A stretch of DNA of 64,000 nt from Oikopleura dioica. Taxonomy: Eukaryota; Animalia; Chordata. The stretch lies in contig OU015568.1 of NCBI GenBank assembly GCA_907165135.1, forward strand, positions 16,441,208-16,505,207, given 5' to 3'. The stretch's first letter is position 1; each line of letters starts with the position of its first letter. The notes under the pieces were generated by a model. It worked only from the letters and a program-made list of their open reading frames with translations. It did not search any database and was not told the origin of the DNA. The translations under genes and the position numbers were made by a program. This document shows positions 48,218 to 60,827 of this stretch, one piece after another.

Positions 48218-48730
48218 TTTCTTGCCAGTTCAACCGCTATATTGATTTTAACGTAAAAATTGTAGAAAATTCTTAAAATTTTATTATTAAGTTTTCATTA
48301 ATAGAGTTATTTTAATTCATAAAAATAATAATTTATTCGTTTTATACGTTTAAAATCAAGAAAAATGCGGTTTTTCCTTGAAAATGGTCGAAAACGAGAA
48401 AATCAGGAAACGGGTTAAAATGGTCTAGGTGTTGATGGGTTAAGCGAGGGCCGCTATGTTTTTTGTGATCAGTACCCCCCAGGCTACTACCTAAAAAAGT
48501 TTGTGCGTGTTCCGCGGTCGTCTTGTGATATCGCCTGACCCTAATTTACAGTTAAAGAAAAGCTTGAATATTTTGATTCAAAGCATTCATGTCAATTTGT
48601 TTAAGTTGGTTGAAGGATCAGCTGCGTGGTGGACGAAACTTCGGTGCCTCGGGAAGAAAACAAGCAAAATTTACAAAGAAAAGAAAAGCAAGAGGACCGA
48701 CAAAAAAGTGCTCCAAGAGCTTTTCTTTCT

Positions 48731-51631
48731 TTAGATAAATCTTTCTTGGAATTCTTCCTTTAGCGCTTCGCCAGCTTTCGCGATTTTTTCGGTCAAGCTG
48801 ACGACTTTTTCCCGCTTTTTATGAAGCGTCAGTTGAACGTATCCATCCAGCAGTTGTTGAACTAGAATTTTTGATTTTCTATGAGTCATCCTTTTTGGAC
48901 TTACTTTCAGCGCCGTCGTCGGTAGTCCAATTAAGAACCTGCATGTTATCGTTGCCTTGGTCCACTTCGATCGTAAAAAGACGCTTATTTCGTTGAAAAA
49001 TCAAATATTTTTACGATTGGGAAATTTCCTCATCGCACTTTGCTAATTCTAGCTTATTCCAAATCAATGGTTAGACTGCGTCTGACCACAAAAGAGAGGA
49101 TCATCTGATTATCGATCTAATAATTGAGCTCTATAAAAAGAGGTTCAAATTCACAGAAAAGTCCGGCAAGAATTTTTTTCTGAAATTTTATTGGTCATCC
49201 GGCCAAATTCGGGGATCTGATTGGTCGTAAAATTTGAGCCGTGGTTTTATGGGGATATTTTTATTAATATGGCGATACCCTTATTTCAATAATCAGAATT
49301 AACGACTTTTCTTATTATTTTAATAAGGGTATCACTATATAAATAAAAGTATCCGTTATAAAACCGCGGCTCAAATATTTCAACGAATCAGATCCCCTGA
49401 TTTGGCCGGTAAACCAATCATATCTAAGAAAATATCCGTATTTCGCTTTAGACTTTTAAGTTTAGAGGATAAACTAAGGTGCTGTCATTAAGAAATCTTT
49501 GGAAGAAAAGTCCTCAGAACAATTATGATTATAGATGTTTTCGCCCCTTGAGATAAAACTTAGGAAGTCATCGAATTTCTCGTGAGTTATTCAACTTTCC
49601 TTATCGGCGATGCTCATCCATCTCCTCACTCTGTCCAGCGGAAATCGCTCTTCTAGTTTCCCATTGTGATAAGAAGTCAGATTACTCTTTGAGATCGCCA
49701 AAAGCACTTCTCGGTTCTTGTCGTTCTCAGTGGCGAAAAAGGTGTCGCCGAATCCGGGCAATTCACGAGCGTGCTTGATAAATTCCCGCTTTTATGGACT
49801 TTTACAAAGTTTTGATTTAAAAACATGTCGGAAACGTTCTCTGAATGACAGAATCGAAAATTTTGAAATTGCAACCTGTGTAAAAGCCTGACTCAGGTTC
49901 TGTACGCAGGTGACTAATTTTTGCTGAGGTGTCTGGAATCGACAAAAATTTCGACAAACTTTGCGTGGAAATTTTCAACCAATCGGAAGCCTGGATTCGG
50001 TAAACCGGCCAATCAGCAGCCGAGTAGCCGCCTACGCAAAATTTGTCGAAATTTTTGTCGGTTCCAGACACCACCCCAGTTTTGGCGACTTTTTCAGAAT
50101 TTCTTTTCTGAAATCTGATTGGCCGACCGGCAAAATGCGAACATCTGATTCGGTCTCAAATTCGACCAAAAATTGGTGAAAATTGTCGAAATTTTGTCGA
50201 TTCGTTCTGCCTCCCCGATTTCGGAATTCAAATATAAATGCTTGTAAATGAAGAATTCAGTCCATTCCTGTAGAGAAAATTCGTCTTTGGCAAGCCGGAT
50301 CTCTCCCGCGCCTCGTTTGGCTTTAATAACAGCAATGATCGCCGCCGAGTCCTGCGCCGGAAAGAGACTTTCGGCCACCTGTTTGATCGCGCTTTCTGGC
50401 TCCTCTGGGTTTTCGATTTTGTTCAGTATCGCCACCAGCTTCGCCGCGTCCGCTAAACCTATAGAACAAGACCTTACCAAAGTCCCGACGATTTTGAGGT
50501 GCTCCTTGATTTCTTGAAATTCCGTGAAGATTTGTCCCTTGTCGCCGTTGTCGAGCGGCCGCTGCGTAAACCAGAATCGACGGCGGAAGCAAAGTGGCCG
50601 CGCGTTTATTAATGGTTCTAGTTCTGTGAGCGTCCTTGTCGGATCTAGCCACAGTGGGGAGCGAATTTTCTTGTAAGTGCTTTACAAAAAATCAATGAGA
50701 GAATTTTAGGATCTTTTTGTCGCCAATTTTCAGCCGACAAAAACACGAATTTGGCGACATTTTTTCTGAAATCTGATTGGTCAGCCGGCAAAATGCGCGA
50801 TTCTGATTGGTCAAAAATTTTCTAAAAATTTTGGTCAAAATATTCGGCCAAAATTAGTGATTCGTCTCGCCTCCACAAAATTTCTACATAAACTAAGGTG
50901 GCGCTGTTTAAAATAATCCTGGTTTCTGATTGGCTCTCGTTCATATGAGAAGATTTTCGCCTTTATTTTTGGTGTGGCGTCAGGAATTGACAAATAATTT
51001 TCGAAAAATTTTGCTTGGGCGATTACTCGGCAGCTGATTGGCGGTTGAGCCGTATCCAGGCTTCTTATTGGTTGAAAATTTTTTTGCAAAATTTCTTCAG
51101 ATTTTTGTCGATTCTTGACATTTCCAGCTTTTGATCGAAAACTTAACTGGAATTCCACTGAATTAGTTTTCTAAGAGCACTTTTAAAGCAATTAGAAATT
51201 ATGCCCAATTTCAGGAAAATAGAACGTGGATGGCTGAAAAGTGCTCAAGTGGACTTCCCATCCAAGCGGTAGTAATTTATATAAGCACTGTCCTTGGATA
51301 GCTCACTTTTCATCGCGCTCTTGACTTTAATGCGTTTGCTGAGGCCGATTAGGCTCTTGGCCGAGCTCAGCAGTTTAATGGCCGATTCGAGCTGCGATGT
51401 TTCCTTGTCGAGCTCGATGCAGCAGGCATACTCTGACCGCGGCAGCATCATTTTGTCCGCGATAGTCTCCGCAATCGACGACATGGGGACAGTCATGTCG
51501 AGCAGATGCGTCCTGAGACTTCCGTCTGGAAGCGCGATTTTTAAAAACTTTGATTTCGCGCGAATTTTGATGATTTTTCCGTTCCGGTTAGACACTAGGG
51601 CGCCGGGTTGATAAAATACTGCTTCCGTCAA
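48731..51631 (-). CDS. Talin-head-like FERM protein lacking the rod; 5' exons unresolved
   Basis: Exons give: end of F0 and F1 (NRNGKIIKIRAKSKFLKIALPDGSLRT; WLDPTRTLTE..LCFRRRFWF); F2; F3 (KREFIKHARELPGFGDTFF..EVLLAISK..LDRVRRW; SFTIEV..TDDGAE|IQQLLDGYVQLTLHKKR). These follow talin RPLKIRMLDG, WLDHGRTLRE..LRRKFF, YVKLARSLKTYGVSFF, IKRW..SFTL..EGEQIAQLIAGYIDIILKKK. Stop follows ~25 aa later. Confidence 0.8.
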
Positions 51632-52829
51632 AATAAATTATTTGAAAAAAGAACCACTAATTAGTAATTGCGACTGCTAGGTTTTATTGAATAACAAGGA
51701 AAAATTGACGATGAAGACGGTTTCATAATTGTCCAGGGTCACGACTTTCTGTTTTTGGAACGCAAAAGTGATTTTTATGTGAACTTGTGTCGAAATTATT
51801 TCATGATTTTCTACTTAATTTCTATCAATAATGACTTTTTCCATCGAGAAACCTTATTGGTTGATCGACCAATCAGATTCTATGAATTGATTTTCCTCGA
51901 TTTCGACCTCAAATCGAAATAATGTTAGATTTTTTCATCTCAAAATATTAATTTATTCAATATTATAAATATACCGTTATTAATAATTATTAATTAATTT
52001 TTTTAAATATTTTAAATTGTTATTATTTTTGATTTAATTCTTTTCTATAAATTTAATATAATAATATTAAACGAAAATGATTTTTAATAATAATTGAATC
52101 AAATTTGCTCCTTATTTTTATGCAAATTATTCAAAAAACCTCTCTATGACCGTTATTAATCCCGAAATTCCAGAAGAAAATTTTCAATTTTGAATAATCC
52201 CAAAATCATTGACACTAAACGGCCAAATATTTAAATTTCTCTCATGCTTAATTTCAAAGAATCAAAATATTATCTCCATTTCTTTCAACAAAGGCACGTT
52301 TAAAACCTGTTTTACCGTTTTGACTCGAGCGGTGTCATCCCCATCGAAACCACCACGTAATCAATAAGTCCGCAAATTAGGCGACTCAAAAAACGGGGCC
52401 CAGCAGGTTAAGCTTTTCATCCTTGACCGCTTTTTGCGGTTTTATAATTTTTTACCAGTAATTTTATAAGAAAAGGAGAATTTTTGCTTCTCAAAGTGTC
52501 TTACCAAACACTTGAGAAGATAAAATTATAGACAGAATAATCGGAAACAGGTTAAGACTTGAAGCAGGAAAAATCTAAAAATATGGTTAGTTGGTTGAAA
52601 AAATTGGCGAAAAAGCGAAAGTGGGGAAAAATGGGGATTTAGAAATAATTAGTCGGTAGATGGCGCTTTTTCATGAAAATCGAGCCATCTGATTAGTCGA
52701 AATTTCAAATTATCACAAAACAAAATTGTAACGATTAGATCGGTTATCTTTCAAAATTTGAAGCCGCGTGCGGCTTTTTTTATGTTTTTTATTGAAATTT
52801 TAGATAAAGAAAGGGGTGGTGAAATGCAA

Positions 52830-54313
52830 GCAAAAATCGTCAAAGAACTTTTACAGAGAATAAATTCAGACAAGAAAGAAATTTATTTTGTCGGCACGTC
52901 TCAATTAGAATAAAGCCCCCTTGAAAGAGATTTGCTAAATTGGAAACATCAATAAAGCAATTTTAAAACATGGATATCCTAGTCACGAAAGCCAGATTTT
53001 AAACCGAGAAAGAAAACATTTGTGGCAACTCAAGTTTACCCAAAAGATGCTCAGAGTCAAAAATATCAACAAAGTCGATTCCAGACCTTATTATAGTCGA
53101 TAACAACGGTACTGGACTCGGAAACCTGTAGAGAAAACCAGACTAAGGTTTTGAAAGGCTAAAATAAAAAGTCGCGTAGCGGCTTTTTGAAGATGAAGCC
53201 GCGAAGCGGCTTTGCCAATATTTTAATACAGATAAGAGTGATTGTAGTGCGAAGCCGCTTTTCGGCTTCGTTTTCAAAAGCCGCTACGCGGCTTTTCATT
53301 TTAGCCTTTCAAAACCTGACTCAGGGTGCCGGGCGCTGCAACCGTAGTTTTCATTCGCTATTCACATGGCTTGTCAGAAATATTTGGTAAATAGAATTGA
53401 CAAAGCAAACAAAATATTTAATTTATTTTGAGACGTGCCTTACATTAATCGCTGTCAAATGAGTTTTTGTGCTTACCTGGTTAGTGAAAAAATATCAACC
53501 CGTTTCTTTTCGATTGGTTCGTTCGGCAGCCAGCGTTCTTTGCACAGAGGGGTCTAGGGAACCATTATTCTAGCGCTTGTTTGAGAAGGGTTTTCTTACC
53601 TCCTCGACATATAAACCGACGGATCCAGGAGGTAATCCGTTCCAGCGACAGCGCAAGAATTTGATGATCTGCTCTGGATTCAGGCTTTTGTTTGGATCAG
53701 AAATAAATTGGTAAAAAAACAAAGGTTTTTGATTGGCTATCGATAAAATAGCGCCACCTATTGACTTTTCGTCTGAATTTTTCATATTTGTCCCAAAAAT
53801 TTTTTTACGAAAAAAAAAATAAATTTTATCATTTTTTGAAAATATTTTAATAAAAAATTTTCTTTTTATTATTTTTTTGTATTTTTTTACTCTTTTTAAA
53901 AATATTTCTGACCCTTTCCTTCGATCTAAAAAAAATATTTTTTCAAAAGTTTCAAGAAAAAATTACGAAGAGCTAATTTTTAAGAAAATAATTGGTGAAA
54001 AGTATTGTGAAATTTTAAAATGAAAAAATTGTTCTGAAAATCCGCGAATCGAATTCCGTTGTTACCAGAGAGGAGCGTCTAGGAAAGATAATCTTTTTCA
54101 GCTGAGCAAAGGTTGCACCTTTTCGATTCTAAACGATCACCCACGTGACCGTTTCAAGAAGTTTTCATGAACCGAGTTTTTGATTAAAAGATCGCTACAG
54201 ACAGAAATTAGGTTAAAATCGGTAAGGGGCCTATTGATTTGAAAAATCCAAGACATTGCTCTTTTGAAAATTCGATACTGGTGCATTTTGGAATTAGTCC
54301 CTCCAGTTGCCTT

Positions 54314-54357
<44 letters not shown>

Positions 54358-55704
54358 TGTGTTCGATCCACAGTCAAGGCACATCTTTTTCATTTTCAAC
54401 CTTTTTTATCGAAAATAATGAATAAAAAATTACAAACGAAGAATCCGACAACCTGGTTTTCAAAATACAACTCGGAAGATGGCGCTATTTTCAAGAAAAA
54501 CGGCTTCTGATTGGCGCAAAACTTAACATAAAGATATTGAAAAAAGAGAAAGACAAAAACTTGAGTTCAAAATTGGCTCTTTAGCGAGTCACACAGGGTC
54601 CGATAATTTGAGCTCACGCTAAAACTCCACGAAACAGAGCTTGAGAACTCAGGTTTTAAATTGGAGTTTTGAGAAACTCAGAGATGAGAGCTCGCGTGAG
54701 AAATCATATTTTGTGGTGGCGCTCGCGATCCACGAGCCAGTCAAGGCGGGGTGGACGATTTTTGTAAGTGCGCAGCCTTACGCAACGCGCCTACGATCCG
54801 CTGTGGCTGCGCCGACTCGCCGCCGCGCTCGCTCAAATGGAGTTTTTGAAAACTCATGAGATTTCCCTGCTCTCAAGCAAAATCTCAGAAAATCTCCAAA
54901 TGATTTCTCAAGTCACACTGAGTTCTCAATTTGAGAAAATTGAGAACTCAGCCAAAAATGAGTTTTATCGTGAGCTCAAATTATCGGACCCTGAGCGAGT
55001 GTTTATTGAAAATTGAAAATTGCAAACTGCCCTTGTTGAGGAGATAAATGAGCCTCTAATGAGCCTCGATGATTTTGTAATTTTCGGCGAAATACTAAGC
55101 GAAAGCTTTTAATCGCCGCTCTATTCAGATTCTAAGAAGCACTTTCGGCCTTCTGCAGATTTTTGGAAGAAACGAAAATTTATTTGGCCAGATCGAATTT
55201 CAAAAGTTATCGAAAAAATGGCCTAGAACAAAATATAGAAGTTCTTTTATGGCTAAGAGTTTTGATTGGTCGGTAGGCCAAATACAGTAAGCTTATTGGT
55301 AGTTCAAAAATGCACTTTCATTTTTTGGTTCAGTCAAAAAAAAATCGATATTTTCGGACAAACCCTAACCCTAGCCAATAAGATTGCTGTATTTGGCTTT
55401 TCGGCCAATCAAAACCCTGAACCATAAAATCACTTCCTTATTTTGGTTTAACCCATATTTTGAATTTTCCTTCAAAGAAAGTCTGAATGGATTCTTCCCC
55501 AAAACTCGTAACGTGTATTATCAACAAAGCCAGGAATTTATTTTGAGTCAAGGATTTCCGCCCGAAAAAGAATTAAGCTCTTCCGAGGATGGAGAGATGC
55601 TCAATCAAACAGCGCTGGAATCGATTCAATCTTTGAAGCCTCGGAAAATCGCCACGAGCTCGGATGAGAAATATATTGGCGTGTTTTCAGCGCAGTTTGT
55701 TTAA
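52830..55704 (+). CDS. Putative multi-exon gene of unknown function
   Basis: AG/GT-bounded open segment ~53573-53710 (RLFEKGFLTSS..GGNPFQRQRKNLMICSGF..INW) and terminal ORF to 55704. The full structure could not be assembled. Confidence 0.35.
54309..54381 (+). tRNA. tRNA-Phe (GAA)
   Basis: GCCTTGA acceptor stem pairs with TCAAGGC; D arm AGCTCAGTTGGGAGAGCG; anticodon loop CTGAAGA; T loop GTTCGAT; 73 nt; TTTTT Pol III terminator at 54386-54390. Confidence 0.97.
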
Positions 55705-57825
55705 GCACTTTTTAAAGAGATGGGATTTTGGTCTCTAAATGTTTACTGCTGCCGGGACACGTACATATTCTACAAACAGTACTTTTAGAAAAAAATGACG
55801 AGAAATTTTGAATAATTAATATCTTTTCAAAAGCCGAACAAAATGAGCGCTCAAATAGAAACTTTCTGACTAGAGTCAGGAATCGACAGGAAAAATGAGA
55901 CTAATTTTTTGTCCGACAAATCTGTCGAAATTCGAATTTATTATCACGAGTTTTTGCGACCAAAACGTGATTTTTTCAATCTGATTGCTGATTGGCTGCA
56001 TTCCGGCCGGTATCCGTGTTTTCCATCTTCTGATTGGGTTTTATTTTAGTCGACATATTTTTTGTCGCAACAAGAAAATAAGTCATTCAAATAAATCGAT
56101 AGGCAATAAAGTCATTTAATTTTAATAATTGAACAATTTTATGACAAATTTATATTTTAATTATTTAATTTCGCCAACGTGAAACATATTATTCATCGAA
56201 ATTAGTGATAGAAAAACTGTTGATATATAAATAATAATGATCATAATTATGCTATTATTAATAATATATAAAAGCGACAGCGATCAATTATAATTTATTA
56301 TCAATAGAAAATTATTGAGATTCAAATGATATTAAAATGAAGCTTTACTCAGCTGAAAAAAATATCCCTAACAACGTTGTTGGAAAAATTTATAAATCAA
56401 AAATTTTATTGATAAAAAAATGCCATTTCTTACCGATGGCAAAATCTTTGACGACATTTGTCCTTTCAATTTGAAAAGTGAGTTTTGTCGTGTTAAAAAG
56501 CGGCTCTTTCTTTTCCGCTTTTCCGAAAAGTTTTCCTATCGCCGACGTAAGTTTTTCTTCGATCGTCACCATCTCTAAGTGGAAGCAACTCTCACAGAAA
56601 TGAAAAAAATCTTGTTCAAAAATTCAGTGAAAAAAATTTCTTTGTTTTTTGAGAAAAATCAAGCGAGTTCAGCGCTCTCATGGGAACTCAGTGCGGCTCG
56701 CGAGCGCCGTTCGCGCGGCGGCGGCGCGAACGCTGATCGGAGGGCGCCAAAGGGATGGAATATGAGGATTCACGAGACGTTATTCACAGCTTACTCACAC
56801 TTTAGTTATTGACAGGATATTTACTAACTGAAGAATAATCATCATCATCAATGAGTTCGTATGAGTCCTTCGTCAACAAGTTTCTAGAGCAAGGGTTATT
56901 TTTTGAGCAAAATTAATTTTTTCGTCAGTCTTTTGATTTTGAAAGTCCGGATAAGAGCGAAATCAGGTAGAAACACTTTTATAACGAATCAACCTCAACC
57001 TAAATTCTTCAGACTCTTTGAAGGAATCAAAGCAGGACAAACGAATCCACTGAATTTTTCACTGTTTGGCGATTCATTCTGTATTCCTCCTGAATAAAAT
57101 CAATTTCCAGAAGATCTTTCTTATTATTTCTTGCAGGATAAACTTCTATTTAAAGACACCACAGTTTTTGTCGTCACCAAAGTTTTAGCTTTAAGCCGTT
57201 AAATTCTTAGGATTAACATCTCCTTAAAATAGCCTTTTCATCAAAATTTCGCCCGATCATAAACAGATGTTTGCATGGCATTCAAACGTGCCGCAAGTCC
57301 TTTTTTCGAAAATCTACAAAGTGTTTTCTGTTGTCTCCAGCAACATTCGCATCCGAGCGAAAACGACAGCTCGTTAAGAGCTTTTCCGAGCGCTAGAAAA
57401 ATGCAAAACGACGTGTGATAGATGCTCATTGTTGATTTTTGAGTGGCTCGTGTATATTCACTAATTAGCAGGTTGAGAGATTCTAAAAGTGAGAAACAGA
57501 ATATTCAAGAGCAGTTCTATTTGACAGTAGAATTTTTTAAAATATAAATTTGCAGATGAAATATGTAAGCATTTTAGAGACAAAGGCTTCCAGTGAACTC
57601 ATACAGTATAAACAAGTGCTGGGCAGGGCAACTTTACGCGCTTAAATCTGTCGAAAAATTTATCGGACCCTTATGGCTAGGGTAAACTTACAAAAAATCA
57701 ACTTTTAAACGGCAAATTGTAAGGGAATGAAACTTGGCCAGATGATAGATGGTCAAAAACGACTTTTCAAAATTTTTTTGGGGAAGAATCTCTATTGTTT
57801 TTCATCCCTTTTTCGTCAATTTCCT

Positions 57826-60441
57826 TCTAAAATTTTTTAGCAATAAGATAGAAAAAATGAAGGCAACCAATAGATTCGCCTTGAATCACTGATTATTTTC
57901 CACAAAAAATTTAGTAATCGGCCTCACATGACTTCAGAAAAAGGAAAAGAAGCTGAAAGTCTTTGTTATTGTCTTGGAGGACCCCCTTGGAGGACTTTAT
58001 CTGCTGGAAGACCAATATTATAAATATTCAATATATGGCCGTGCTGGGCCAGTATATGGCCACCTATGGTCAACTTTGGTCAAGTTCGGCCGGAGGACCC
58101 CGGAGGACCTCCCTGGTGGAAGACCATCCGCTGGAAGACCAATATTTAAAATATTCAATATATGGCCGTGCTAGGCCAGAATATGGCCAACTATGGTCAA
58201 CTTTGGTCGAGTTCGGCCGGAAGACCCCCGGAGGACCTCTCTGGTGGAAGACCATCCGCTGGAAGTTCAATATTTAAAATTTTCAAAATATGCCCGTGCT
58301 CGGCCAGTATATGGCCACCTATGCTCAACTTTGGTCAAGTTTGGCCAGAGGACCCCGGAGGACCTCCATTGTGGAAGACCATCAGCTGGAAGACCAAAAT
58401 TAAATATTAAGATAAAATGCTTTGCTGGGAAAAGAAATGACACTTCCGGTAAACTTTGGTCACTTTATGCCGGATGACCCCGGAGGACCCCTTTTGCTGG
58501 AAGAAAATCTACTGGAAGACCGACATTTAAAAAATAAAAAAATAATCACAGTCAATTTAGTGAAGAGGTGGGCCACGCCGACCACGAGCTATGTGGCCAG
58601 TCCGTTCAGTGAAGGGCAAGGCAAAGAGAATGAAACCCCGTTTATTAAGCTAAGAAAAGGGCGGGTCAGAGTCAGGGCGAAGCCGACCAAAAGGAGGCCT
58701 CGCCCGTTCATTCTTTTGAATCAGAGTCAGGGCGAAGCCGACCCGAAGGGGAGGCCACGCCCGTTAATTCTTTTGAATCAGAGTCAGGGCGAAGCCGACC
58801 CGAAGGGAAGGCCACGCCCGTTAATTCTTTTGAATCAGAGTCAGGGCGAAGCCGACCCGAAGGGAAGGCCACGCCCGTTAATTCTTTTGAATCAGAGTCA
58901 GGGCGAAGCCGACCCGAAGGGGAGGCAACGCCCGTTCATTCTTTTGAATCAGAGTCGGGCGAAGCCGACCCGAAGGGGAGGCAACGCCCGTTCATTCTTT
59001 TGAATCAGAGTCGGGCGAAGCCGACCCGAAGGGGAGGCAACGCCCGTTCATTCTTTTGAATCAGAGTCGGGCGAAGCCGACCCGAAGGGAGGCAACGCCC
59101 GTTCATTCTTTGAATCAGAGTCAGGGCGAAGCCGATCCGAAGTGGAGGCCACGCCCGTTAATTCTTTTGAATCAGAGTTCGGGCGAAGCCGACCCGGAGG
59201 GGAGGCAACGCCCGTTCATTCTTTTGAATCAGAGTCGGGCATAGCCGACCCGAAGGGGAGGCAACGCCCGTTCATTCTTTTGAATCAGAGTCAGAGCGAA
59301 GCCGACCGGAAGGGGAGGCAACGCCCGTTCATTCTTTTGACGTGGCATTTCCTTCGGGTCGGCTTCGCCCTGACTCTGAGTGAAAAGAATGAACGGGCAT
59401 GGCCTCCCCTTCGGGTCGGCTTCGCCTTGACTCTGATTGAATAAAATGAACGGGCGTGGCCTCCCCTTCGGGTCGGCTTCGCTTTGACTCTGATTGAAAA
59501 GAATGAACGCGCGTGGCCTCCCCTTCGGGTCGGCTTCGCCCTGACTCTGATTGAATAGAATGAACGGGCGTGGCCTCCCCTTCGGGTCGGCTTCGCCCTG
59601 ACTCTGATTAGAAAAAATGAACGGGCGTTGCCTCCCCTTTGGGTCGGCTTCGCCCTGACTCTGATTCAAAAGAATGAACGGGCGAGGCCTCCCCTTTTGG
59701 TCGGCTTCGCCCTGACTCTGACCCGCCCTTTTCTTAGCTAAATAAACGGGCGTTTCATTCTCTTTGCCTTGCCCTTCACTGAACGGACTGGCCACATAGC
59801 TTGTGGTCGGCGTGGCCCACCTCTTCACTAAATTGACTGTGATTATTTTTTTTATTTTTTAAATGTCGGTCTTCCAGTAGATTGTCTTCCAGCAAAAGGG
59901 GTCCTCCGGGGGTCATCCGGCATAAAGTGACCAAAGTTTACCGGAAGTGTCATTTCTTTTCCCAGCAAAGCATTTTATCTTAATATTTAATTTTGGTCTT
60001 CCAGCTGATGGTCTTCCACAATGGAGGTCCTCCGGGGGTCCTCTGGCCAAACTTGACCAAAGTTGAGCATAGGTGGCCATATACTGGCCGAGCACGGGCA
60101 TATTTTGAAAATTTTAAATATTGAACTTCCAGCGGATGGTCTTCCACCAGAGAGGTCCTCCGGGGGTCTTCCGGCCGAACTTGACCAAAGTTGACCATAG
60201 GTGGCCATATACTGGCCCAGCACGGCCATATATTGAATATTTATAATATTGGTCTTCCAGCAGATAAAGTCCTCCAAGGGGGTCCTCCAAGACAATAACA
60301 AAGACTTTCAGCTTCTTTTCCTTTTTCTGAAGTCATGTGAGGCCGATTACTAAATTTTTTTTGTGGAAAATAATCAGTGATTCAAGGCGAATCTATTGGT
60401 TGCCTTCATTTTTTTCAATCTTATTGCTAAAAAATTTTAGA
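57826..60441. mobile_element. Giant modular inverted repeat (foldback-like element), ~2.6 kb
   Basis: 57826-59338 is mirrored by ~59350-60441. Arms contain unique DNA, ~120-bp sub-repeats (GGAGGACCCCGGAGGACC..GGAAGACC) and a 56-bp minisatellite. Confidence 0.9.
58680..59720. repeat. Convergent 56-bp minisatellite arrays (~11-12 forward, ~6-7 reverse) at the palindrome centre
   Basis: Unit GAATCAGAGTCAGGGCGAAGCCGACCCGAAGGGGAGGCCACGCCCGTTAATTCTTTT and its reverse complement. Confidence 0.95.
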
Positions 60442-60827
60442 TTTTTAGCACTTTTACACGGCTCTAGAATGACGTAATTCATATTTTTTCATTAATTTTT
60501 TTATCTGATGTTGATCAGCAACCTTCAAAGAGTATTCTTGCCGAAAATGAGCCCTGTAGGATGTCCCTTTCAAAAGCTCATTTTTTGTAAGTTTACCCTA
60601 CTTATGGCTCTTTCAATTATATTTTTTCTAAAGGAAAATGACATGAAAAATTGATTTCTGGTGTCAAAAATCTAAATCGAGTCGAGAGCTATGATTTTTT
60701 AAAAACGAAAAATAGGGGTACGGTAACTCCACACACAACTGTATATATAATATAAATTTAAAGTTTTAACAGAAAATATATGATAAGCGAATTGAAAATC
60801 ACGATAGACGATCTCAATTCCTTCGGG

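Larger units (their letters stand above)
45871..48541. mobile_element. TA-flanked non-autonomous DNA transposon with ~270-bp imperfect TIRs
   Basis: ta|GGGTCAGGCGATATCAC..GACCGCGGAACACGC..CTGATCACAAAAACATAGCGGCCCTC versus GAGGGCCGCTATG..GTGATCAG..GCGTGTTCCGCGGTC..GTGATATCGCCTGACCC|ta. Confidence 0.85.
25075..51120. mobile_element. Dispersed MITE family B (~140 bp; GTCTGGAACCGACAAAAAATTTCGACAAATTTTGCG TIR, internal CCAATCAG/CTGATTGG)
   Basis: Palindromic copies at about 25075-25220, 26060-26200, 36765-36895, 40978-41120, 49928-50070 and 50990-51120. Confidence 0.75.
8358..53338. mobile_element. Dispersed MITE family A (~15 copies, 100-240 bp) made of AAGCCGC-NNN-GCGGCTT hairpins
   Basis: TIR consensus CTGGGCTCGGCAACCTGTGTAGAAAACCTGAGTCAGG. 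Approximate copies: 8358-8492, 10058-10155, 13590-13720, 15710-15910, 16480-16640, 17155-17325, 18700-18940, 19310-19510, 22080-22215, 22255-22475, 22970-23210, 31700-31780, 36915-36990, 37421-37607, 41820-42065, 53112-53338. Near-8-bp TSDs at 10050/10156 and 53104/53339. Confidence 0.85.

Noticed and set aside
56390-57429. Minus-strand ORFs 57429-57241 (signal-peptide-like) and 56572-56390
   Set aside because: They may be real exons, but I could not assemble a consistent frame or recognise a domain.
58422-59828. ORFs 58422-59003 (+) and 59229-59828 (-) with repeated ILLNQSQGEADPKGRPRP
   Set aside because: They are translations of a 56-bp non-triplet minisatellite in mirror-image arms, with frames changing at indels.
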